Made by a program: the position numbers and the translations under genes. Below the pieces are notes generated by a model. That model was not told where the DNA came from. It made no database searches and saw only the letters and a program-made list of their open reading frames with translations. From Candidatus Sericytochromatia bacterium (lineage in GTDB: Bacteria; Cyanobacteriota; Sericytochromatia; S15B-MN24; VGJW01), in assembly GCA_035285865.1 (NCBI GenBank), contig JAYKHS010000007.1, forward strand, positions 45,240-109,239: a DNA stretch of 64,000 nucleotides. Direction: 5' to 3'. This document shows, in pieces, positions 9,633 through 17,776 of the stretch (the stretch's first letter is position 1; each line of letters begins with the position of its first letter).

Positions 9633-10580
9633 CTAGCCCTCGACGTGGTGGAAGTTCATCCCCTGGCCGGGCGCGGCGAAACAGATGACCTTGCTGCCGC
9701 CTTCCTTGCGGGCAAGATCCAGACGACGGGTCGCCATCTGCACGAGGGCGCGGGGCGAGGTCGTCTCCACCGTGGACGACACCCCGACGGCAGGTGCCAT
9801 GTAGGGCGCCAGCTGGAGCATCCGGCGGGTGAACCGCTTCAGGACCTCGACGGCCGCCTCGGCAGAGGTCGAGGGGAAGTAGAAGAGCAGGTCGAAGCCG
9901 TCCCAGCGAACGGCCCAGTCCGTCTGGCGGACCACCTGACGGACCACCTGGCCGACGTCCCCGAAGCGGGCATTGGCCTCGTCGGGGGTCATGGTCCTCG
10001 CCACCGCCGCAAACTCGGGCAGCCCCACGACGGCAACCGAGCCCGTCTCGCGACTGCGGACCAGGCGCTCGCACTCCTCGCGGAAACGCTCGTTGAAGTA
10101 GACGCGGTTCCACAGGCCCGTCAGCCTGTCCGTGCTGGTGCGCTTGTTGACTTCTTCCTCGAGTCGGGTGGCGTGGACCGACAGCCCGAGGGCCGGAGAG
10201 ACGAGCCGGGCAAGGGCACCCGCGAAGGCGAGATCTTCGTCGGCGACGAGCAGGGCACCGTAGACCTGGCGATTGGCGAGCACCGGCACGCGCACGGCAC
10301 CGGCGACGTCACCGAGGGGCACCGGCTCGGGATCGGCCGAAGTCAGGTCGGCCATGCGATCCGACGCGCCCTTGAAGAGCTTCTCGGCAGCCTGGCCGGA
10401 CGGCATGAAGCCGTCGGGACCGTTCAGGCGCAGGGCCACGGAGGCCGTCGGCCGGAACTCGGAAAGGGCCTCGGCGAGGCGGCCCAAGACGAAATCGAGG
10501 CTGCTGCTGGCCGGGACGGCCCTCGCGATCTGGACCAGAGCTTCGTACTGATTGGGCGCGAGCGTGGCGGACGCTTCCAT
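9633..10580 (-). CDS. GAF-like plus degenerate GGDEF domain protein
   Basis: TDRLTGLWNR entry motif; signature site reads RWDGFDL instead of RxGGDEF; start set at ATG 10580. Confidence 0.75.
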   Translation of the reverse strand: MEASATLAPNQYEALVQIARAVPASSSLDFVLGRLAEALSEFRPTASVALRLNGPDGFMPSGQAAEKLFKGASDRMADLTSADPEPVPLGDVAGAVRVPVLANRQVYGALLVADEDLAFAGALARLVSPALGLSVHATRLEEEVNKRTSTDRLTGLWNRVYFNERFREECERLVRSRETGSVAVVGLPEFAAVARTMTPDEANARFGDVGQVVRQVVRQTDWAVRWDGFDLLFYFPSTSAEAAVEVLKRFTRRMLQLAPYMAPAVGVSSTVETTSPRALVQMATRRLDLARKEGGSKVICFAAPGQGMNFHHVEG

Positions 10581-10679
10581 CGGGTTTCCTCGAGCAGGGT
10601 GCGGCAAGTGCATCATACCAAGCCCGAGCGCTGCATCACCCCATCGACGCGCAAGGACGGGCAGCCTAGACTTGGAGCC

Positions 10680-11549
10680 ATGTCAGCGCAGCCCTCGCCA
10701 GCCGCACCCCGGCCCGTGCTGGGCGTGTACGACTCCGGCGCGGGCGGCCTGTCGGTCCTGCGCCACTTGCGCGTGCGGCGTCCCGACGTCCCCGTCCTCT
10801 ACATGGCCGACACGGCCCGCGTGCCCTACGGGGGGCGGCCGGCAGACGAGATCCTGGCCTTCAACCGCGAGATCACGGACGGCCTCGTGGCGCGCGGGGC
10901 GCGTCACCTCGTGGTGGCGTGCAACACTTCCTGCGCGCTCGCGCTTCCGACGGTGCGGCACGAGGCCAAGGTGCCGATGACGGGCCTGTTGCCTGTCGCC
11001 GCTCGCGCCGCACTCAGGCACGGCAGGCGAATCGGCGTGCTGGCGACGGAAGCCACCATCCGCAGCGGGGCCTACGTCTCGGCCGTCAAGGCGCTCGATG
11101 CGGGTGCCACCGTAGCCCCGCTCGCCTGCCGGGACTGGGTGCCTCTGGTCGAAGCCGGCATCACGGAGGGTCCGCGCGCTGAGCGGGCCGTCGCCCAGGC
11201 CCTGCAGGCCTGGGCGGACGAGCCGCCTCCGGATGCCGTGATCCTGGGCTGCACGCACTTCCCGTTCCTGGCCGACGTCATCGCACGGCACCTTCCCGGC
11301 ACGCCTCTGGTCGACCCGGGCCCACTGGTGGCCGATGAGGTCCTGCAGGACCTGCCGGAAAAACCGGGGGAGGCGGCGCCCCTCACCCTGCTGGTCAGTG
11401 GCTCGCCCGAGGCATTCCTCGCTACTGCCGAAATCCTGGTCCCGGGCCTGGATCCTGCGGAGGTCCTCGCCTGGCAGGTCCCGCTGGACGCGCAACCCGG
11501 TGGCCCTGACGCCCGACCGGGTGCCGCCGGTATCGCCCGGTTACGCTGA
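10680..11549 (+). CDS. murI: glutamate racemase
   Basis: GVYDSGAGGLSV, PYG, VACNT, ILGCTHFP; start reassigned to ATG 10680. Confidence 0.95.
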   Translation: MSAQPSPAAPRPVLGVYDSGAGGLSVLRHLRVRRPDVPVLYMADTARVPYGGRPADEILAFNREITDGLVARGARHLVVACNTSCALALPTVRHEAKVPMTGLLPVAARAALRHGRRIGVLATEATIRSGAYVSAVKALDAGATVAPLACRDWVPLVEAGITEGPRAERAVAQALQAWADEPPPDAVILGCTHFPFLADVIARHLPGTPLVDPGPLVADEVLQDLPEKPGEAAPLTLLVSGSPEAFLATAEILVPGLDPAEVLAWQVPLDAQPGGPDARPGAAGIARLR

Positions 11550-11604
11550 CGCGTCGGCACGCGGGCAGCAGGCAGGGAAACCGGGAGTCTTCTGCCCGGA
11601 TGGC

Positions 11605-12180
11605 TCAGGGCTGGCCGGACAAGCGCGTCACGGAGGCGTCGCGCTGCAGGCGTCCCCCGATCCCCGCGACCGTGTCCACCCACCAGCCCCACTCGGCCGC
11701 GTGGTCGTGGCCATCCGCCCATCGGCGTGCCCACGGGTCCCCTTGCTCGGCCACCCCGACGAGATAGGCGCAACGACGGGCTGCCGCATCCAGAAACATC
11801 CGGCCGGCCAAACGCTCGGCGGGCGGCAGGTCCGACCAACCGGCGGCCGGCAAGGCGGCCGGCAGCATCGACAATTGACGCGCGACCCGGGCAAGGTACT
11901 CGTCCTCGAGCGGCCCCGCCCCCGCGAGCGCACGTCGGATGCGTACCCCGCCGGTGCCTGCAGCCGCCGGATTGAATCCGCCGCCTTGTCCCTCACCCAG
12001 AAAGAGCATGCCGGCGCCCCCGATGGTCAGTGGCCGGTTGGTACCTGCGGCCGGCGCGAAAGCAGGTGCAGGCGCGGCGTCGGACGGTGACGACGCAGGC
12101 TCCGGAGCTCCATGGGGCGTCCCGGCACACCCCCCGGTCAGGACCATCAGGGAAAGCCACGAGCGGCGCATCAGGGACAT
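11605..12180 (-). CDS. hypothetical lipoprotein
   Basis: MSLMRRSWLSLMVLTGGC signal/lipobox-like N-terminus followed by a Pro/Ala linker. Confidence 0.5.
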   Translation of the reverse strand: MSLMRRSWLSLMVLTGGCAGTPHGAPEPASSPSDAAPAPAFAPAAGTNRPLTIGGAGMLFLGEGQGGGFNPAAAGTGGVRIRRALAGAGPLEDEYLARVARQLSMLPAALPAAGWSDLPPAERLAGRMFLDAAARRCAYLVGVAEQGDPWARRWADGHDHAAEWGWWVDTVAGIGGRLQRDASVTRLSGQP

Positions 12181-12251
12181 GGTCCCAGACTGTCGGCGAC
12201 GGACCGGCGCCAACCAGTCCCTCGTGGAGGGGACGTTTCGTGCCGAACGGC

Positions 12252-13061
12252 CTACCGCCGCTTCCGCACGGGGTCCCCGTACAGGAAGCGCATGGCGGCA
12301 GGCAAACGGCGGCGCCAGGACCGCTCGTCGTGGCTGCCGGTGCGAACTGGATGCCACGTCAGATCCCGGCCTTCGACAAACCCCTTGCGCCGCAACAGCT
12401 GGGCCATCCATTCGGCGTGTTGCAACGGATAGCCGCCGGCCTCGCGTCCACCGCAATCCAGCCAGATGCGCGGCTGCCCCCAGGCGGGTGCCTTGGCCAC
12501 GAAGGGGAAGGCTTCACCGTCCGCGACCCAGAGCGAGGGCGACATGCACAGGAGGCGCGCGAACCGGTCGTTGTGGCGAAAAAAGGTCACGAGCGCCGCG
12601 AGTCCCCCCATCGAGGATCCTCCGATGAGCCAGTCCTCCCGGTCCTGGGAGACCTGCAGGTTTTGCCTCGCCCACGTCGCGAGATCCGCGGCGATCCAGT
12701 CCGCAAGCACCAGCCCGTGCGCCGGCTCTTCCGGCTCGACCGGCCACGGCGCCAGTTCCTGCACGCGCGAGGCCCCGCCGTGATGCAGCGCGAGCACCAC
12801 CGGCACCACCAGGCCGCGTTGCGCGCGGCGATCGAGGACGCGGTGCAGGTGCCATCCCCCCGCAAAGGTGCCGTGGTCCTCGAAGAGATTCTGACCGTCG
12901 AAGAGGATGGCGAGCGGCCACTGCCGGTCGACTCGCCCGTATCCGGGTGGCGTGTAGAGCGTCGCGGGCAGTTCGGCCGGCAGACCCGGAATGCGGAACC
13001 GCGGCCCGGGCCGAAGGGTGCCGGGCGGGGCCGGCGATCGCAGCTTGCGGGGGGGCGTCAT
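12252..13061 (-). CDS. alpha/beta hydrolase, esterase family
   Basis: ILFDGQNLF, nucleophile elbow GGSSMGG, SPSLW, DCGGRE, HDERSW. Confidence 0.9.
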   Translation of the reverse strand: MTPPRKLRSPAPPGTLRPGPRFRIPGLPAELPATLYTPPGYGRVDRQWPLAILFDGQNLFEDHGTFAGGWHLHRVLDRRAQRGLVVPVVLALHHGGASRVQELAPWPVEPEEPAHGLVLADWIAADLATWARQNLQVSQDREDWLIGGSSMGGLAALVTFFRHNDRFARLLCMSPSLWVADGEAFPFVAKAPAWGQPRIWLDCGGREAGGYPLQHAEWMAQLLRRKGFVEGRDLTWHPVRTGSHDERSWRRRLPAAMRFLYGDPVRKRR

Positions 13062-13086
13062 GGGGGTTTCACGCTACCATGGGCAG

Positions 13087-14400
13087 GTGAGCGGGGCCAA
13101 AATGGGCGCGGACGGCTGGGAAGTCGCCGTGGTGGGCGGCGGGGCGGCAGGCATGCTGGCCGCCCTCGAGTCGGCGCGCGCCGGTGCACGCACCATCCTG
13201 CTCGAGAAGACGAGTCGGCTTGGCACCAAACTGCGCATCTCCGGCGGGGGCCGCTGCAACATCACCAATGCCTTGGACGACCTGAAGGCATGGGAGCGGA
13301 TGTTTCCGGGAAACGGGGCCTTCCTGCGTCATGCCCTGCGTGCTTATCCCCCGGCAGCGTTCCTTGACCTGATGCACGAGGAAGGAGTTCCGACCCATGT
13401 CGAGCCCCCCTACGGCAAGGTCTTCCCGGCCAGTGGCAAGTCCGGCGACATCCTCGATGCCCTGATGCGGGCCATGCGCCGGGCGGGCGTCACGATCCGG
13501 ACGGATGCCCCCGTGCGGGACGTCCTGACAGGAGAGGACGGCGCGGTTTGCGGCCTGCTGCTGGACGGCGGTCGCCAACTGGCTGCGGGTGCCGTCATCT
13601 GGTGCACCGGCGGGCGTTCCTTCCCGAAGTCGGGAAGCACGGGGGACGGCTATCCGGTGCTGCGCAGGCTAGGCCACACCATCGCACCGACGTACCCGTC
13701 GCTCGTCCCGTTGCGGGTCTCGGGCACGACCGAACATGCGGGTGTGGCGCTGCGTGGCATCCGCGGGAGGGCTCGGGTCCCCGGGCAGGGTGAGCCCATG
13801 CCGTGGGAGGGTGACGTGCTCTGGACACACTTCGGGCTCTCCGGGCCGATCGTCCTGCAGTTGAGCCGAGCACTCGCCGAAGGCTGGGTGCGGGGCACCG
13901 CCGGCCGGCTGGAGCTCGACCTCGTCCCGGACCGCTCGGCCGAGCAGCTTGACCAGAGCTTTCGGCAGCTGGTGACGTCGGCCGGTGGGAGGACGGCCCG
14001 AAGCCTCGTGCCGGACCTGGTGCCCCGGGCGCTCGTACCCGAGGTGCTGGCATCGGCCGAAGTCCCCGCCGAACGGCGTCTCGCGGAGATGACGCGTGCA
14101 GAGCGGCAGCGCCTGGTCTCGACCTTCAAGGGGTGGGCCTTCGCACCTTCGGGCTGGCACTCCTTCGAGGCGGCGGAAGTCACGGCCGGTGGCGTGGTGG
14201 TCGCGGAAGTGAATCCGCGCACGATGGCCTCGCGCAAGGTGAATGGCCTCTACCTCGCGGGCGAGGTGCTGGACGTGGACGGCTTCGTGGGGGGCTACAA
14301 CCTGCAGGCCGCGTGGTCGACGGGTGCGGCTGCAGGCAGGGCCGCGGCCGCCCGAGCCGTCACGTGCCGATCCGCGTCCCCGTCTGCTACGATCCGCTGA
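13087..14400 (+). CDS. HI0933/BaiN/YhiN family NAD(P)/FAD oxidoreductase
   Basis: GGGAAG, KLRISGGGRCNITN, GKVFP, TGGRSFPKSGSTGDGY, THFGLSGP, VTAGGV, GEVLDVDG..GGYNLQAAWSTG; start GTG 13087 or ATG 13102. Confidence 0.93.
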   Translation: MSGAKMGADGWEVAVVGGGAAGMLAALESARAGARTILLEKTSRLGTKLRISGGGRCNITNALDDLKAWERMFPGNGAFLRHALRAYPPAAFLDLMHEEGVPTHVEPPYGKVFPASGKSGDILDALMRAMRRAGVTIRTDAPVRDVLTGEDGAVCGLLLDGGRQLAAGAVIWCTGGRSFPKSGSTGDGYPVLRRLGHTIAPTYPSLVPLRVSGTTEHAGVALRGIRGRARVPGQGEPMPWEGDVLWTHFGLSGPIVLQLSRALAEGWVRGTAGRLELDLVPDRSAEQLDQSFRQLVTSAGGRTARSLVPDLVPRALVPEVLASAEVPAERRLAEMTRAERQRLVSTFKGWAFAPSGWHSFEAAEVTAGGVVVAEVNPRTMASRKVNGLYLAGEVLDVDGFVGGYNLQAAWSTGAAAGRAAAARAVTCRSASPSATIR

Positions 14401-14417
14401 CCTTTTCCGGAGACACC

Positions 14418-15920
14418 ATGCGCCATCCCCGCTCCAGCGGCCTGCTGCTGCACCCCACCTCACTGCCCGGTCCGTTCGGGATCGGCGACATCGGTCCCAT
14501 GGCGCACAGCTTCGTCGACTTCCTCGCCATGGCCGGGCAGTCGCTCTGGCAAGTCCTGCCCCTGGGGCCGACCAGCTTCGGGGACTCGCCCTACCAGTGC
14601 CTGTCCTCGTTTGCCGGCAACCCCAACCTGATCTCGCCCGAGGCACTTGCCGAAGCCGGTCTCGTGACGGCCGAGGAGTTGGCGGCCTATCCGCGATTCG
14701 ATGACGGCCGCATCCGCTTCGGCCCGGCCATCGAGGCCAAGCAGGCACTCCTGCGCGAGGTCCATCGCCACTGGGAAGGGCGGGCGAGCCAGACGCTCAA
14801 GGACCGCTTCTCCCGCTTCGTGCGGGGGCACGCACAGGCCGGCTGGCTCGAGGATTTCGCCCTCTTCATGGCCCTCAAGGCCGCCCATCAGGGCGCTCCG
14901 TGGCCGCAATGGCCGGCTGCCATCCGGGACCGAGATGCGGGAGCCCTCGACGACGCACGGCGCCGCCTCGCCCACGACATCGGTTATCACCTGCTCTGCC
15001 AGTTCCTCTTCCGCGAGCAGTGGGATGCCCTGCGCCAGCGCGCGGCCCTGGATGGTATCAAGCTGGTCGGGGACATCCCCATCTTCGTCGCCTACGACTC
15101 GGCTGATGTCTGGCGCGACCGCTCCCTTTTCCAACTGGATGATCAGGGCCGTCCGAAGGCCGTGGCCGGCGTCCCGCCGGACTACTTCAGCCGGACCGGC
15201 CAGCTCTGGGGCAATCCCCTGTACGACTGGCAGGCGGTGGCGGATGACGACTACCAGTGGTGGGCCCGCAGGCTGGGTCATGCCCTCTCGCTCTGCGACA
15301 TCCTGCGCCTCGACCATTTCCGAGGCTTCGAGGCCTACTGGGCCGTCCCGGCCGGTGCCCCGACGGCCGAGAGCGGAGCCTGGGAACCCGGTCCCGGGCA
15401 GGCGTTCCTCGATGCGATGCGGCGTCATCTGGGCCACCTGCCCCTGATCGCCGAGGATCTGGGCGTGATCACCCCTCCCGTTGCCGCGCTCCGCGACGAC
15501 AACGAACTGCCGGGGATGCGCATCCTGCAGTTCGCCTGGGATGGCAAGGCGACCAACGACTTCCTGCCGCACCGCCACGACCCGCGCAGTGTCGTCTACA
15601 CCGGCACGCACGACAACGCCACCACGCGCGGCTGGTGGCAGGGTGCGTCCAAGGAGGAGCGGGCGCGGGTGGCGGCCTACCTCGGCAAGCCTGTCGACGA
15701 TCCCGCCTGGGCGCTGATTGAACTGGGCATGCGTTCGCCGGCGGACCAGGTCATCATCCCGCTGCAGGATCTCCTCTCGCTCGGGGACGAGGGGCGCATG
15801 AACCTGCCGGGCGCAGCCGAGGGCAACTGGGGTTGGCGCCTCGGGCAGCCCGGACTCTCCGAGGCCATCGCCCGGAGGCTCGGCGACCTCACGAGAACCT
15901 ACGGACGCTGGCCTGCCTAA
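14418..15920 (+). CDS. malQ: 4-alpha-glucanotransferase (amylomaltase, GH77)
   Basis: SGLLLHPTSLP, WQVLPL, SPYQ, GDIPIFV, QLWGNP, RLDHFRGF, AEDLG, YTGTHDN, MNLPG...GNW; GGAG upstream of ATG 14418. Confidence 0.97.
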   Translation: MRHPRSSGLLLHPTSLPGPFGIGDIGPMAHSFVDFLAMAGQSLWQVLPLGPTSFGDSPYQCLSSFAGNPNLISPEALAEAGLVTAEELAAYPRFDDGRIRFGPAIEAKQALLREVHRHWEGRASQTLKDRFSRFVRGHAQAGWLEDFALFMALKAAHQGAPWPQWPAAIRDRDAGALDDARRRLAHDIGYHLLCQFLFREQWDALRQRAALDGIKLVGDIPIFVAYDSADVWRDRSLFQLDDQGRPKAVAGVPPDYFSRTGQLWGNPLYDWQAVADDDYQWWARRLGHALSLCDILRLDHFRGFEAYWAVPAGAPTAESGAWEPGPGQAFLDAMRRHLGHLPLIAEDLGVITPPVAALRDDNELPGMRILQFAWDGKATNDFLPHRHDPRSVVYTGTHDNATTRGWWQGASKEERARVAAYLGKPVDDPAWALIELGMRSPADQVIIPLQDLLSLGDEGRMNLPGAAEGNWGWRLGQPGLSEAIARRLGDLTRTYGRWPA

Positions 15921-15956
15921 GGTCCTCAAGGCCCCGTGACGTGCTAGATTGAAGCC

Positions 15957-16928
15957 ATGAACTTTCTTGACCAGCTCAAGAATCTTGCCAACAAGGGCAA
16001 GGACGAGCCGAAGCCTGCCGCCGAGGAAGGCGGTCTGCCTGCTGCGCGCCCGCGGAAGCGGCGCAAGCAGAACCTGAACCCGCTCGATCCCAAGAACCTG
16101 CCGGCCCTGATTCCGGTTGCCATCGCGGCCATCGGCGGGCTGGTGTTCGTCATCTATCTGGCGATCCAGAACATCTTCTTCGCGCCGCCTCCCATCCCGA
16201 CGGATACCCCTCCCCCGCTCCAGACGCCGCCCCCGGCTACCGACAGCGTGCCGGCCGGATCCGCGACGGGCACCTTGCCGGTGGCGATGGATGCTTCTGC
16301 CGCGATGGACCCTGCGAACCCGGTCACGAGCGTGGCGACCTACTATCCGCCACCCCGGCCCATCAGTCTGCCGCAGGCCGGAGCTACCGGCCAAGCCGCC
16401 CAACCCGCGGCCAATCCCGCGATGATGCCGGCCTCCAGCGGCAACCAGATACCCCGTCTTGACGTCCTCTACGTGCCCGAGCAGCCCAATGCTCCGGTGC
16501 ACCTGGCCAGCACGGCAGAGGAACTCGGGCAAACCGACCTGATCTTCTGGCAGATGATTCCGGTCCGGGACATCCGCGTCAGGGTCCACCAGCGCCAGCG
16601 CTTGTCGACCACCGGCGAGGCCGTGGTCCTGATCGAGTTCGAGGATGACCCCGCGGCCATGGCCGGGCGCGTCACCCGCAAGAAACCCGACAACACGGTG
16701 GAGACCTACATCCTTGCATCGCGGGACACGGCGTGGGTACCCGAATCGACGACCCTTCGCGGGGCACAGTACCTGAATCTGGTGTCCCCCGTGACGGCTG
16801 CCCGCGCCGGTGCCGTGCTGGCCGGATGGGAGGATCTGATCAGGCGAGCAGTCGAAGCGGCCGCGCTCACGGCCTCGGGGTCCGGAGCCGCCCAGCCTGC
16901 TGCCGGGGCGCTGCCGCAGCGCCCCTGA
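15957..16928 (+). CDS. hypothetical bitopic membrane protein with Pro-rich linker
   Basis: Charged N-terminus, one TM helix, Pro/Ala linker, globular C-terminus; TGcTAGATT 6 nt before ATG. Confidence 0.65.
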   Translation: MNFLDQLKNLANKGKDEPKPAAEEGGLPAARPRKRRKQNLNPLDPKNLPALIPVAIAAIGGLVFVIYLAIQNIFFAPPPIPTDTPPPLQTPPPATDSVPAGSATGTLPVAMDASAAMDPANPVTSVATYYPPPRPISLPQAGATGQAAQPAANPAMMPASSGNQIPRLDVLYVPEQPNAPVHLASTAEELGQTDLIFWQMIPVRDIRVRVHQRQRLSTTGEAVVLIEFEDDPAAMAGRVTRKKPDNTVETYILASRDTAWVPESTTLRGAQYLNLVSPVTAARAGAVLAGWEDLIRRAVEAAALTASGSGAAQPAAGALPQRP

Positions 16929-16937
16929 GGCCCGCTA

Positions 16938-16978
16938 GCCAAAGAGCCCGTGCGCCAGCTGGCGGCGGGCTCTTTGGC
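16938..16978. terminator. stem-loop, probable terminator
   Basis: gccaaagagcccg ... cgggctctttggc 13-bp inverted repeat just after the stop. Confidence 0.65.
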
Positions 16979-17055
16979 ATGGGGGAGAGAGCGATGGCCT
17001 GCGCGACTCCCGGAGGCTTCACCAAGTCTTCCCCGCGCCCGCCCTGTACGAAATC

Positions 17056-17084
17056 TTGACAGCTCGTGCACGGCCTAGTACGGT
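17056..17084 (+). promoter_or_regulatory. sigma70-type promoter of the tetR-fadE operon
   Basis: TTGACA (17056-61), 17 nt, TACGGT (17079-84). Confidence 0.65.
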
Positions 17085-17108
17085 TGTCCTATTAGGACGC
17101 TCGTACCA
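17076..17108. promoter_or_regulatory. putative TetR operator (inverted repeat over -10/+1)
   Basis: TAGTACGGTTGTCCTA-T-TAGGACGCTCGTACCA with perfect core GTCCTA-T-TAGGAC. Confidence 0.55.
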
Positions 17109-17771
17109 ATGGCTCGCATGTCTGCTCCCCCGTCCGCGACACCTTCGGCGATTGTCGCGGCGGCTGCGGAGTTGTTCCGCAAGCACGGGTATGCAGGGAC
17201 CTCCATCCAGCAGGTTTCGGCTGCCGTGGGACTGTCCAAGGGCAACCTGACCTACCACTTCCCCAGCAAGCGCGAGCTTTTCGATGCGGTCCAGCACGAG
17301 GCCCTGCGCTACGTTGAAGAGCGGGTCATGGACCGGTCCTTTGCCGAAGGCCCGGATACCCTGTCCGGCCTCGAGGCGTTCGCGCGCCGCCTGCGCCGCC
17401 TGTTCGTGGACGAGCAGGACGTCTTCGTGGGGTGCCTCTTCACGAATGTGGCGATGGAGACGCGACACGCGGATCGCGCCGTGGCCGACATGGCCCGCCA
17501 TCCGCTGGTGGTCCTGCGCGAGCGCGTGGCCCATCATCTGGCCCGCGGTCAGGCGCTGGGCGAGGTGCGCACCGATCTTCCGCCCGAGACGCTTGCCCGG
17601 ATGTTCTTCTGGCTGTACGAGGGGGCCCTGACGATGGCCCGGGCTCTCGAGGACAGCGCCGAATACGACCTCTTCCGCAGTTCGCTGCGGCAGTGGTTCG
17701 CCCCTGGTGCCGCCCGTCCGGATGGGGCGGCCAAGGTTCCAACCCACACGATGCCTTCAGGAGGCCAGTGA
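17109..17771 (+). CDS. TetR/AcrR family transcriptional regulator
   Basis: HTH GYAGTSIQQVSAAVGLSKGNLTYHFPSKREL; GC.F motif of the NemR-like C-domain. Confidence 0.93.
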   Translation: MARMSAPPSATPSAIVAAAAELFRKHGYAGTSIQQVSAAVGLSKGNLTYHFPSKRELFDAVQHEALRYVEERVMDRSFAEGPDTLSGLEAFARRLRRLFVDEQDVFVGCLFTNVAMETRHADRAVADMARHPLVVLRERVAHHLARGQALGEVRTDLPPETLARMFFWLYEGALTMARALEDSAEYDLFRSSLRQWFAPGAARPDGAAKVPTHTMPSGGQ

Positions 17772-17776
17772 CGATC

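Noticed and set aside
9645-10679. Long N-terminal extensions in the ORF track (murI, malQ, fadE, btpA, ricT, msrB, porin)
   Set aside because: They overlap adjacent real genes; downstream starts have RBS or -10 support and match family lengths
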